The notes: generated by a model from the letters alone, not told the origin. A stretch of 64,000 nucleotides of DNA from an uncultured Armatimonadia bacterium (GCA_964617715.1 CAZTZN010000003.1:13048-77047); one strand, 5' to 3'. Positions 50,728 to 59,692 are shown, counted from the first letter of the stretch. Translations and numbers: made by a program.

Positions 50728-51459
50728 CTACAGCGGGATCGCCTCCGCCTGCGACAGATAGGGCAGACCGCCCCAGCCCGGTCGCACGACGCCCTCGACC
50801 GCAACGCGCTGCGCAAACTGCAGCCCCGGGTCCTGGACGTGGAGGCCGTCCGAGAGCATTACGTCCGTGCAGTAGAGCGCACCGGTGCCGTCCGCGACCG
50901 CCCAGGCGCCCGGTGCGGGAGCGCCGGCGCTGGTCGCGGCATGCGCGGGATCACCTTTGTGCCCGACCACCGCGCCCTCGATGCGCACGCGCCGGTGCAG
51001 CCAACGCGGTAGATCCGCGAGCAGTTCGCCGATGGCCAATGTCGGCGGATTGTCGGGTGGGTGCAGATCCCAGCGCAGCGTCCCGGTGTCGAGGTCGGCG
51101 GACAGGTCTCCGCCCGCGATGATCCGCAGGACGATGGCCGGTGCATACAACGTCCCGTCGATGTTGCGGGCAGCGAAGGGCAGCTCGGCCACGTATTCGT
51201 CACAGCGCACCGTTGGCCTGCCGGGGGACAGCGTCCCATGGCGGACCAGATGCCTGCCCTCAGGCAGGCGATCGACGTAGCCGCTGATCTCGATGGCACC
51301 ATCGCGGTACTCGACCACGAAGCCCGCGGCTTCAAAGACCGCGCGTACCGGGACCGAAATGCGCTGGGTCCCCTGCGCATCGGTATCGGCCATGATCGGT
51401 GCGGCGATGTATGGCTGCTGGCCGTTGAGGATGAGCGTCAGCACGATCGCGGCGGTCAT
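50728..51459 (-). CDS. secreted hypothetical protein with copper-amine-oxidase-N-like domain
   Basis: Start ATG 51459 (MTAAIVLTLILNG...). RISVPVRAVFEAAGFVVEYRDGAIEISGY matches the CuAO-N/stalk pattern. Rest unrecognised. Confidence 0.55.
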   Translation of the reverse strand: MTAAIVLTLILNGQQPYIAAPIMADTDAQGTQRISVPVRAVFEAAGFVVEYRDGAIEISGYVDRLPEGRHLVRHGTLSPGRPTVRCDEYVAELPFAARNIDGTLYAPAIVLRIIAGGDLSADLDTGTLRWDLHPPDNPPTLAIGELLADLPRWLHRRVRIEGAVVGHKGDPAHAATSAGAPAPGAWAVADGTGALYCTDVMLSDGLHVQDPGLQFAQRVAVEGVVRPGWGGLPYLSQAEAIPL

Positions 51460-51553
51460 GCGCCGTCGCCTCCTGGGTGAGTCGCCTTGCGCCTCGTATG
51501 CGTGCACCGCGCCGCCATTGTCGGTCGGGATTTCGCGCGTGTCGTCTCCCGGT

Positions 51554-51588
51554 TCCCCGCCGCCGCCTGCCGCCTGCCGATTGCCGAT
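51554..51588. repeat. heptanucleotide tandem repeat (CCGCCTG x2, CCGATTG x3)
   Basis: ccgcctg ccgcctg ccgattg ccgattg ccgattg read directly in the intergenic space between the stop of the 51604-52803 gene and the start of the 50728-51459 gene. Confidence 0.8.
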
Positions 51589-51603
51589 TGCCGATTGCCG
51601 GCC

Positions 51604-52803
51604 TCATCCGACCAGCTCCCGATTCCACACCACCATGGTCTTGAGCGGCCGGTCCGGCCCGCGATAGAGATCGTAGTAGAACGCGATCGGGTCGGCGGCG
51701 AGGTCATCGAGCAGCCGCTCGCGGACCAGCTCATCCACCGGCAGCCGGCACAGCAGCTCGATTGCCGCCTCCATGTGGTCGCGGCGGAAGTTGATGGCGC
51801 CGAAGATAAGTTGGTTGCGGAAGCCGAAGGGCATGGTGTCGTAGCCCACGCGCGGCCCCAGGCTGAAGCTTGCGTAGATGCCGTTGTTGTCAAGCAGTCC
51901 GCAATCGAAGGCTATCTCGGCCTCAATGGCGTTGCCCGACGCGCCCACGAACACCTTCGGCCTGCCGCCGAGTGCCGCCGCGATGGCCTCGGCGGTCTGC
52001 TGTGCGCTCGCCCGTGTCTGCACGTACCGGATCCCCGGCCAGTGCTTCGCGAGGAAGCCGTCCCTGTCGCCGCCCGGCTCCGAACGCCCGACGGTCACGA
52101 TGCTCGCCTGCGGGTACTTCTCGCGGATGGCGATAGCTCCCAGCAGCCCGGCGCCACCGAGGCCGTAGATGACCACGCGCGCGAAGCCGTCGGTGACCGC
52201 CCAGTTCATCGCCGCCTCGCGCTCGAGGCCGCGCGCGGCGTAGAGCCGCCAGTTGTGGCCGATGAGCAGGTCCTCGATGCGCTCGCGCTGGAAGAGCATG
52301 CATGCCATGGGGTCGCAGAACACCAGGCGGGCGGCCAGGCGTCGCGGGAGAAGTTCACCGGCCGGCAGATGCTCGGGCGGGATCGCCAGCAGCATATCCG
52401 GATGGTAGTAACCCTCGCGGCTCATCAGCCCGTCGGCGCCATCGCAGCCGTACTCGAAGTAGCTCTCGTCCGTCTCAAAGCGGCTGGGGTCCCACGAGTC
52501 ACCGCCGCGGATGAGCACGATGGCGTAGCGTTGCTGCTCGGGCACCCACACGACGCCCTCGTGGCCGTTGATGAGCCGCTGCTGGCCCGCCGGGAACTTG
52601 GGCTCCAGCTCCCCGCGCGAGCCCATCTGCATCAGCTCCCAATCGGTACCGCAGAAGCCGGTGCAGACGGTGCGGCACAGCATGCCCTCCTGCGCCGGGC
52701 GGCCCCGTCGCTCACGCCGCGGCGGGTTGATCAGGTTCACTTCGCCGAAGCGCAGCGGACGCGTCTCGTGGTTGACGAGATAGGTGCCCTCAGTGCTGGC
52801 CAT
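51604..52803 (-). CDS. zinc-dependent MDR-family dehydrogenase (glucose/sugar 1-dehydrogenase-like)
   Basis: 399 aa. Catalytic-zinc motif CTGFCGTDWE, an INGHEGV-type segment, Rossmann VVIYGLGGAGLLGAIAIREKYP. Resembles archaeal-type glucose dehydrogenase. Confidence 0.75.
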   Translation of the reverse strand: MASTEGTYLVNHETRPLRFGEVNLINPPRRERRGRPAQEGMLCRTVCTGFCGTDWELMQMGSRGELEPKFPAGQQRLINGHEGVVWVPEQQRYAIVLIRGGDSWDPSRFETDESYFEYGCDGADGLMSREGYYHPDMLLAIPPEHLPAGELLPRRLAARLVFCDPMACMLFQRERIEDLLIGHNWRLYAARGLEREAAMNWAVTDGFARVVIYGLGGAGLLGAIAIREKYPQASIVTVGRSEPGGDRDGFLAKHWPGIRYVQTRASAQQTAEAIAAALGGRPKVFVGASGNAIEAEIAFDCGLLDNNGIYASFSLGPRVGYDTMPFGFRNQLIFGAINFRRDHMEAAIELLCRLPVDELVRERLLDDLAADPIAFYYDLYRGPDRPLKTMVVWNRELVG

Positions 52804-53594
52804 CAGCCCTCGAACAGCTCCCTGGCATAGGCGAGGTCCTCGGCGACCGCGCAGTCAACCGCGCTGTGATCGGAGTACTCGGCGGTCAGACAGACCGGTC
52901 CGGACCACTCGCGCGCCTTGAGCAGCTCGACCACTCGCGGCCAGGGCGCGATGCCCTGCCGACCGGTGGTCCACATCAGTTTCCACTCGGCGCGCTCGGA
53001 CTCGAAGCCGTTGGCGCGCATCCACCACGGGCTCTTGAGGTTGACCATGCGCAGGTGTGACCAGCAGATGTCGATGGCCTGCTCGGGGATCTCCCCGGCC
53101 AGCACATTGTGCGCGGCGTCCCACACCATGCAGAACTGCTCGGCCGGATAGTCGCCGATCAGGCGCATGACCCCCAGGCAGCTCCCGATCTGGTTGTTGC
53201 AGTGATTCTGGATGCCTACGGCCACGCCATGGCGCTCCAGCATCGGCGCCAACTCCGCGAACTCGCGGCGGTAGCGCGCCTCGGTGGCGAGGTAGCCTTC
53301 CGGGCCGATGGGCAGGCAGATGCGGATGATGGGCACGCCCGCCTCGGCGCAGGCAGCCATGGTCGTCTCGTCCGTAGGTCCGGCGATGCTCTCGATGGTC
53401 ACGCCGTGGTCGGCGAAGATCCTCGCGGCCTCGGGCAAGCCCCTGGCTACGTTCTCGGGCTCCACCTGGAACTCCGGGCGCACGGGGAGTTCGACGCCGG
53501 TGAAACCGAGTTCGGCTATGTGCGCTGCAAGCTCCGGCAGGGGCATGGTCTTCCACGGCTTGCTGAACACGGCGAAACGGATTGCCTGGCTCAT
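52803..53594 (-). CDS. sugar phosphate isomerase/epimerase (xylose-isomerase-like TIM barrel)
   Basis: Start ATG 53594 (MSQAIRFAVFSKPW...). ELGFTGVEL, divalent-metal residues in ...IQNHC.., WDAAHN. about 263 aa. Shares 1 nt with the stop of the downstream dehydrogenase gene. Confidence 0.8.
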   Translation of the reverse strand: MSQAIRFAVFSKPWKTMPLPELAAHIAELGFTGVELPVRPEFQVEPENVARGLPEAARIFADHGVTIESIAGPTDETTMAACAEAGVPIIRICLPIGPEGYLATEARYRREFAELAPMLERHGVAVGIQNHCNNQIGSCLGVMRLIGDYPAEQFCMVWDAAHNVLAGEIPEQAIDICWSHLRMVNLKSPWWMRANGFESERAEWKLMWTTGRQGIAPWPRVVELLKAREWSGPVCLTAEYSDHSAVDCAVAEDLAYARELFEG

Positions 53595-53700
53595 GGTGAC
53601 TGCTCCTTGCGCGCCGGACACGGCTGGCGCCGACATGCTCACACGTGACAGATGTAGGTTCGCCCTGCTGTCCGCGCACTCCTGTCTGCCCCAACTCGAA

Positions 53701-53738
53701 CCGCAAATGAGACGGCACCCCGTGAAAGCGGGGTGCCG
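53701..53738 (-). terminator. intrinsic-terminator-like hairpin downstream of tadE-like gene
   Basis: Perfect 10-bp stem CGGCACCCCG / CGGGGTGCCG with 6-nt loop (53713-53738). About 29 nt after the 53767 stop on the minus strand, followed by TCTCATTTG. Confidence 0.5.
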
Positions 53739-53766
53739 GAGTCGTCATGCAGTCCGCACCAGAGTG

Positions 53767-54243
53767 CTACTCGCGCATCATGATCGTCGAGGCCGTCATC
53801 GTCACCCGCCCGTCGTCATCGGCATTGAGCACCGGCCCCATCAGCCCGGGCACAAGCAGCGGGTGGGGGTAGGTGAGGCTGATCTGCACCTGATCGCCCT
53901 GCTCGGCATTGTTCTCGTTGCCGTCCGCAGCAAGCGGCTGCCACTCGCCCCAGGTGCCCGAGCCCTCGTCCCAGTCACGGAAGCGAAAGACGCGCGTGAC
54001 CTCGGCATCATTGATGGTAGACGTGTTGGCGTCAATCTCAGCGTTTATGCGGGCGGGCAGAGCGCCGACCGCGGCCTGACGCGCGGCTTCACGTGCGGCC
54101 GCCGCCAACTCTGCCCGATCCTTCACGAGGAAGCCGAATTCGAGGATGCCGAAGAGGAGGAATATCAGCAGTGGCACCACGAGCGCCAGCTCCACGGTCG
54201 CAGAGCCATCTCGTGATCCGTGCGATGGCGCGTACCGGTTCAT
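53767..54243 (-). CDS. tadE: TadE-like Flp-pilus assembly protein (pseudopilin-like)
   Basis: Start ATG 54243 (MNRYAPSHGSRDGSATVELALVVPLLIFLLFGILEFGFL...), the characteristic TadE N-terminal motif. about 158 aa. No other tad/cpa genes in the window. Confidence 0.7.
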   Translation of the reverse strand: MNRYAPSHGSRDGSATVELALVVPLLIFLLFGILEFGFLVKDRAELAAAAREAARQAAVGALPARINAEIDANTSTINDAEVTRVFRFRDWDEGSGTWGEWQPLAADGNENNAEQGDQVQISLTYPHPLLVPGLMGPVLNADDDGRVTMTASTIMMRE

Positions 54244-54310
54244 ACCTTGTATTGGCACACCACTGCGCCCTGGGAACACATCCGGTCCCCTCCATCCTCC
54301 AGCGCGGGTA

Positions 54311-54339
54311 ATTGTAGCACAAACTGCCCTGCGATGCAA
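54311..54339 (-). promoter_or_regulatory. sigma70-type promoter TTGCAT-17-TGcTACAAT in an AT-rich island upstream of tadE
   Basis: On the minus strand: TTGCAT (plus 54334-54339), 17-nt spacer, extended -10 TGC-TACAAT (plus 54311-54319). The surrounding about 100 bp are conspicuously AT-rich for this sequence. Confidence 0.55.
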
Positions 54340-54508
54340 TCCTCTACGTATGCTCTTAGGTTATCCAATTCTTTGTCAATTCATGCTTCGGCGTGAAAAC
54401 AGCCCTGTGATTCCCCGGTCACGCTGGAAAACACGACGGCGGGGATCGCCATTTCGGCTCTCCCCGCCGGCCGCGGTCCCCCCCGTCGTGTCGTCAGAGC
54501 TTCGGACC

Positions 54509-55582
54509 TCAGATCCCGAGGAAACCCTCGTGGAAAAAGACCGGCTCGTAGCCGCGCTCGGCGACCCACCGGATCATGGTGTCGAGGCGCTCGGCGTGAT
54601 CGGAGATGTAGTTACAGTAGAAGGGCCAGAAGTACTGTTCGTGGGTGAACAGGTCCATGATCTCCGCGCGGCGCGGGTCGGCCGCGAGCGCCTCCAGCGA
54701 CGGCTCAATCTCCGCCAGCGGCACAAGGTTGGCGCACAGGTCGATGTTGCTGAACACGATGCCGCTCTCGAAGTCCTTGAGGGCCTCGTTGCGGGAGAGC
54801 CATTCCGAGCGCTCATCGTCCTGCCAGTAGTTGATGTCGCGCCCTCCCGGCCCGGGGCGGAAGCCACCTGAGAGCACGCGCACGCCGTGGTCGTACAGCG
54901 CCGACAGGGCGCTGGGGAGCACCATACCCCAGTGGATGACCGTCGGTGGCGCCAGTGTGGCCTCCCCCGCCAGGCGTACGATCTGCTCATCCACCCTGCG
55001 GATGTCGTCGATAAGCTTCTGCGGCACGGCGTACTGGTACGGCCGGTCGGGCTTGTTGGCGTAGGCGTGACAGGCCAGCACCAGCCAGTCGGCGTTGTCC
55101 TCGAACTCGCCGCGATACCTCTCCGGGAATTCAGTCAGCCGCCAGCCGTCTTCGGCTTCGAAGTAGATGTTGAGCGTGAACTTCGCCCCGTAGCGGTGGT
55201 GGAGGTCTCTGAGCATCTTGAGGTAGAAGCAGTCGAAGAGCGAGTCGTAGCCCTCCCGTGCGACGTCGCGCAGCCAGTAGACGTTGTCGTCGATGCTGAA
55301 GCGCCAGCGCGGGCGCGAGTCGCGGTCCCACACCACCCGCACGACATGCTCGACGCGCCCCAGGGCCCCGTCCATCACCGCCGAGATGTCCTGCTCGCGC
55401 TCCGTGATGGTCACCTCGGCCCGGAAGCGCTCGCCCTCTCGCGTGGCCTCAACACCGTTGACGGTCACGCACCGGTCCAGTGGCGCCCGGCCGGTCACGG
55501 GGATGGTCAGACCGCCCTCATCCTGCACACCGTGGCGACGGCTGAGCACCGCGCCGTGGAACGGCTCGTCGATGCGAAGCAT
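54509..55582 (-). CDS. conserved hypothetical protein (357 aa)
   Basis: Protein-like composition (many W, Y, F, D, E). No signal peptide. No family recognised. Adjacent to the BNR/sialidase-like gene on the same strand. Confidence 0.6.
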   Translation of the reverse strand: MLRIDEPFHGAVLSRRHGVQDEGGLTIPVTGRAPLDRCVTVNGVEATREGERFRAEVTITEREQDISAVMDGALGRVEHVVRVVWDRDSRPRWRFSIDDNVYWLRDVAREGYDSLFDCFYLKMLRDLHHRYGAKFTLNIYFEAEDGWRLTEFPERYRGEFEDNADWLVLACHAYANKPDRPYQYAVPQKLIDDIRRVDEQIVRLAGEATLAPPTVIHWGMVLPSALSALYDHGVRVLSGGFRPGPGGRDINYWQDDERSEWLSRNEALKDFESGIVFSNIDLCANLVPLAEIEPSLEALAADPRRAEIMDLFTHEQYFWPFYCNYISDHAERLDTMIRWVAERGYEPVFFHEGFLGI

Positions 55583-55604
55583 GGCGATCTCTCCTGCGCG
55601 CCAG

Positions 55605-56744
55605 TCATAGTAGCTCGCGAAAGTGCTCCAGGCGGTGGAATGTGATGCGGTTGGCGTCGTGGAAGTTGTGGGCGCCGCGGTAGGCGGTGCGCACCGCGGC
55701 GATGATGTCCTCGCCGTCGAAACTCCAATCTGCGTACTGAAAGCCTGTCAGCCGCACCGAGTCGGGCCAGGGATGCGCCAGGTCGTCGCGCAGCAACGTG
55801 CGCACGTGCCGCCAGTGCGCCAGATCCTGCGACGCGTGCAGCGACAGGATGTTGCGCTGAGTAGGGCGTGACGGGTCAGTGTTGTTGTTGCTCACCGTCA
55901 GGTAGGTTCCGGTGATCGGATCGCGGCGGATGACGAACTTGGCCATGCCGCCGGGGAACTCGATGAAGCCGGTCGCCGGATTGAACTCGATACGCTGCCC
56001 CCGGTCATGGACCGTCACCACGGCCGCCACGTCCACCTTCGGTGTCGAGTTGAAACGCAGGATGTTGAGCAGACGGCCATCAGGGGCGGCGACCACATTG
56101 CCCTCAAGCCATCCGGGACGCTCCAGCTCTCCCCACTCGCCGGGCACCCATGCGGGGTCGAAGCGGATGCGGTTGCTGATGGCCCAGGAGTCGGCGCGTA
56201 GCAGATCGGCGTCGGTATCGGCCGAGATCACCAGTGACTGAAACCCCGAGCCCCAGACGCATGGATCGCAGTCCTCGAAGGCGCGATAGAGTCGCCCGTC
56301 GTGCTCGAGTACCGGCACCGGGGCACAGTGGTAGTTCGGCGGCTCCCGGCGCGGCCCGCCGCGGGCGAGCAGGCCGGTTGTCTCATCCGCCGGGTGGGTC
56401 CAGGTGTCGCCGCCATCGTCCGACCGGCGGATCACGATCGAGCCGTACTGCTGCGAGCAGCCCAGCAGATAGAGCGCGCCCCGGTGCCAGAAGACGCTGC
56501 TCCAGAAGGCGTTGGCGATGTGCGTGACCGCAGACCAGTTGCGGCCGCCATCGAGCGAGCGATGGACGGTGGTCAGGTGCTCCTCGTCCTCGTGGTTGCG
56601 GGGGCAGCCCGGGCCGAAGTAGTCATGAGTGACGATGATGGCATCGGGGTAGCACGGCGCCTCGGGCGGAAGACGGGTGAGGCTGGGGCTGCCGAGGTAG
56701 CTGCGGGTGGTGGCGGCCTGAAAGGCGATTTGCGTGAGGTCCAT
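55605..56744 (-). CDS. BNR/Asp-box repeat glycoside hydrolase (sialidase/exo-alpha-sialidase-like)
   Basis: Start ATG 56744 (MDLTQIAF...). Asp-box motifs SLDGGRNW, SDDGGDTW, AAPDGRL. about 380 aa beta-propeller. Confidence 0.75.
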   Translation of the reverse strand: MDLTQIAFQAATTRSYLGSPSLTRLPPEAPCYPDAIIVTHDYFGPGCPRNHEDEEHLTTVHRSLDGGRNWSAVTHIANAFWSSVFWHRGALYLLGCSQQYGSIVIRRSDDGGDTWTHPADETTGLLARGGPRREPPNYHCAPVPVLEHDGRLYRAFEDCDPCVWGSGFQSLVISADTDADLLRADSWAISNRIRFDPAWVPGEWGELERPGWLEGNVVAAPDGRLLNILRFNSTPKVDVAAVVTVHDRGQRIEFNPATGFIEFPGGMAKFVIRRDPITGTYLTVSNNNTDPSRPTQRNILSLHASQDLAHWRHVRTLLRDDLAHPWPDSVRLTGFQYADWSFDGEDIIAAVRTAYRGAHNFHDANRITFHRLEHFRELL

Positions 56745-56816
56745 GCCTGCCCCTATCAGTCTCGTGGCGCTGGCCCGATGGCTCCGCGAGTTCGACACCG
56801 GTGGGGCCGTGACCTC

Positions 56817-57701
56817 TCAGAAGAGCGTCCCCCAGCTCGCAATGAGGACGATGGTGCCCATGACCGCGACCAGCAGGGCCTTGGTCAGCGAACCGGCGAG
56901 GCGCCCGGCCAGCGCGCCCCAGCCGGCCTTGCGGGCCTCCTCAGGGGACTTGCCCCCACGCAATTCACAGTAGTACCCGCCAAGGTAGCCGCCCGTCATG
57001 CCCAGGCCGATGGGCGGGATGATGGAGAGCAGCACCCAGCCGACCGGGCCGGCGAGCGCGCCAATGGCGGCGAGCGAGGGCGCGATGATCCCTCCGACCA
57101 CGGCACCGATGAAGCCACCGATGAGCACCCACAGGCCCGTGGAGTTGCTCGCGCCGGACTGCCTGACGCCCACGAACGACAGAGCGTTCTCGGCGAATTC
57201 GGCCGCCAGCGCGATGGCGGCGATGACGATTAGCACCCACCACGGCGGGCTCGCCCAGCCATGGAGCCCCGAGTAGAGCGTCGCCGCGGCCAGCACCAGG
57301 ACGCTTCCCGGCAGGCCGAGGAGCGTGGCCGCGATGGCCACCGGGATGCTGATCACGAACAGCACCTTGCCCACGAAGATGGCAACGACCTTGATGCCCG
57401 TGAGGAGACCTGCCCAGAACGACCCGCGAGGAGCCCGCTCCAGGGGGGCCTCCCGGGCATCCGTCACAGCATTGGGCGGCGCTGCCTCGCCCGCTTCGCC
57501 CTCGCCCACTGCGGCCTCGCCGGATGGTGCTTGCTCGGCCGCAGATTCCTCTATCTGGTCTCTGGGGGGCGGGGCCTCGATGGTCTCCGCATCGGGGATC
57601 TCGGGCGCCTGCTGTGCTGCGCGTTCACACCCCGCCAGCACGGCCAGCGCCGCCGTCGCCGCCATGGCGATCAGGAGGAGCGTTGTCCTCGCGTAGTGCA
57701 T
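56817..57701 (-). CDS. DUF456-like membrane protein with N-terminal lipoprotein-type signal and acidic low-complexity linker
   Basis: 294 aa. MHYARTTLLLIAMAATAALAVLAGC (lipobox LAGC), Glu/Ala/Pro-rich linker, then 4 TM helices resembling DUF456 (LLGLPGSVLVL..., GVRQSGAS). Confidence 0.6.
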   Translation of the reverse strand: MHYARTTLLLIAMAATAALAVLAGCERAAQQAPEIPDAETIEAPPPRDQIEESAAEQAPSGEAAVGEGEAGEAAPPNAVTDAREAPLERAPRGSFWAGLLTGIKVVAIFVGKVLFVISIPVAIAATLLGLPGSVLVLAAATLYSGLHGWASPPWWVLIVIAAIALAAEFAENALSFVGVRQSGASNSTGLWVLIGGFIGAVVGGIIAPSLAAIGALAGPVGWVLLSIIPPIGLGMTGGYLGGYYCELRGGKSPEEARKAGWGALAGRLAGSLTKALLVAVMGTIVLIASWGTLF

Positions 57702-57727
57702 CGCGGCAGTGGCCTCCCGATGGGGCC

Positions 57728-59692
57728 TCAGTGCATGCGGCGGGCGCCGGCCCAGCGTGGCGCGTAGTAGGCGGAGTCGAGGTCGCTGATCTTGACCCCG
57801 CCCCGGCTGTTAGAGGCGTGGATGAACTGCCCGTTGCCGATGTAGATGCCGACATGCGAGATACCGCTGCGGTAGGTGTTCTTGAAGAAGACGACGTCTC
57901 CGATTTGCAGATTCTCGCGCGACACCGGCGTGCCCTCTCGGAACTGTGTGCGGCTGCTGCGTGAGACGTTCACGCCGTGCTTGCCGAGCACGAAGTGTAC
58001 GAAGCCGGAGCAGTCGAAGGTGTTGGGACCGGCGGTGCCGCGGCGATACGAGTAGCCGAGGTAGCGCATGGCCGTCTGCACGACCGCCCGCCCGAAACTC
58101 GATGGGGCGGATGTGGCCGCTGACCCCGTCGGAACGCTCTGCGCCTGGCGAGCGCGGCGCTGCGCCCGAGTGTCGAGCAGCCAACTGGCCATGTAGCCGG
58201 TTGTGCCGTTGTCGAGCGCAACCCTGTACCAGTCCCCATCGCGGTCGAGAATGATGACCTCCGTGCCCAGCACCGCCTCGGCGATCTCGTCATAGCTCGT
58301 GCCGGGGCCGGAGCGGATGTTCACCTCAGGTCGGGCCACCCAGGCGGTGCGCACGGCAATCTCCTCGTCGCCCTCCCGCACGGTCGGGGCTTCATCGGGG
58401 CCCTTGAAGTTCATCACCCAGCCGGCGACCCAGCCCACATTGCCCTCGCCATCGCGAATCTTGCACCAGTGCCCGCTCAGTTCCAGCACCTCGACCGCCG
58501 TCCCCGCGCTGAGCCTGAACTTGATGTCGTGGTCGGTGCCGGGGCCGTAACGCACGTTCACTACGTCCTCCGCGATCCATGCGGGGATCGGCTGCATTGA
58601 CGTGCCGGAGGTTGTGGCTGTCGAGGATGGCACGTGCGCGCTTGCCGCGCCGCCGGCCGTGGACTCGCCGCCCTCAAGTTTGACCAGGCTCGCGTGGATC
58701 CACCCCTCCTCACCGCCGTGGACCCTCACATGACACCAGTCGCCCTGCCGCTCGGTGATGTAGAGCACCTGCCCACGCACGACCCTCGCCTTGATGCGCT
58801 CATTCAGGCTCGGTCCGGCGCGCAGGTGTACCGTGTCACCGTTGACGTAACCCTTAGCCGTTGCAGATGAAGCACCCGAGCCGGTCGTCCCCGCGCCCGC
58901 CCCTTGCTCGAACTTCACCAGGCTCGAGTGAATCCAGCCGTCCTGCCCACCATGCACCTGGCAGCGCACCCACTCGCCCCGGCGCTCGGTGACGTAGAGC
59001 ACCTGGCCGGCGACCAGCCTCGCCTTGATGTGATAGTTGGTGCCGGGGCCTGACCGCAGGCGGACGCCATCTCCGTTCACGTACGCCTTGGCGGTGCTGA
59101 CGCTCGTCGATTGAATGGTGTGAGAGCTGGTGATGCCGGCGGCGAGCCGGCGTCCACGCTCGACGTCCCGCTCGAGAAGGTCCCCGCGAATCCACCCGTA
59201 GCCGCCGGGCGTGCGACACCTCAGCCAGCCTCGCTGCTCACCGATGATGTAGACCTTCGTGCCGCGGGGGATTTGACCCCGGCTGTCATAGTGCGTCCCG
59301 GGTCCGCTGCGTACGTTCACGTTGCCCTCTGCGCTCACCCAGGCGGGTGGGGCGCTCGAGCCTGACGATGATGAAGAGGACGCCGTGGACAGGCCGGCCT
59401 GCTGCGCAAGCTGCCGCCCCTTCTCGGCGGAAAACTGGAGGAGCCACTCGGCGATCCAGCCCCAACTGCCGTCGGGAAGCCTGGCCCAGCACCAGTTGTT
59501 GGCGAAGGCAGTCACGTAGACCTTGGTGCCGCGCGTAAGATGACCGATGAGGTCCCGGTCGGTGCCCGGGCCTGAACGCACGTTGAGCGACTCGGGGATG
59601 ACCCACGCGGGGTAGACCTTGCCCGCGCTGGCGGGAGGAGTGAACAGGGCCGCGAGGCATATGGCTGTGGCGAAGATCCGTGTTGGCTTCAT
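57728..59692 (-). CDS. NlpC/P60 family peptidoglycan endopeptidase with about six tandem SH3b domains
   Basis: Start ATG 59692 (MKPTRIFATAICLAALFTPPASA signal). Six repeats of the pattern AWV...VNVRSGPGT.Y.....L..GT.V.V......W..V....G..GW.....L. C-terminal NlpC/P60 catalytic triad context (FDCSGFV...H..IY.G....IHA). Confidence 0.85.
   Translation of the reverse strand: MKPTRIFATAICLAALFTPPASAGKVYPAWVIPESLNVRSGPGTDRDLIGHLTRGTKVYVTAFANNWCWARLPDGSWGWIAEWLLQFSAEKGRQLAQQAGLSTASSSSSSGSSAPPAWVSAEGNVNVRSGPGTHYDSRGQIPRGTKVYIIGEQRGWLRCRTPGGYGWIRGDLLERDVERGRRLAAGITSSHTIQSTSVSTAKAYVNGDGVRLRSGPGTNYHIKARLVAGQVLYVTERRGEWVRCQVHGGQDGWIHSSLVKFEQGAGAGTTGSGASSATAKGYVNGDTVHLRAGPSLNERIKARVVRGQVLYITERQGDWCHVRVHGGEEGWIHASLVKLEGGESTAGGAASAHVPSSTATTSGTSMQPIPAWIAEDVVNVRYGPGTDHDIKFRLSAGTAVEVLELSGHWCKIRDGEGNVGWVAGWVMNFKGPDEAPTVREGDEEIAVRTAWVARPEVNIRSGPGTSYDEIAEAVLGTEVIILDRDGDWYRVALDNGTTGYMASWLLDTRAQRRARQAQSVPTGSAATSAPSSFGRAVVQTAMRYLGYSYRRGTAGPNTFDCSGFVHFVLGKHGVNVSRSSRTQFREGTPVSRENLQIGDVVFFKNTYRSGISHVGIYIGNGQFIHASNSRGGVKISDLDSAYYAPRWAGARRMH

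Noticed and set aside
51554-51588. Tandem repeats considered as a possible CRISPR array
   Set aside because: Units are only 7 bp and directly abutting, without spacers. No cas genes in the window.
52855-53748. Alternative 297-aa frame overlapping the sugar-phosphate isomerase gene
   Set aside because: Its product is R/P/G-rich. The 52803-53594 frame gives a recognisable xylose-isomerase-like TIM-barrel protein.
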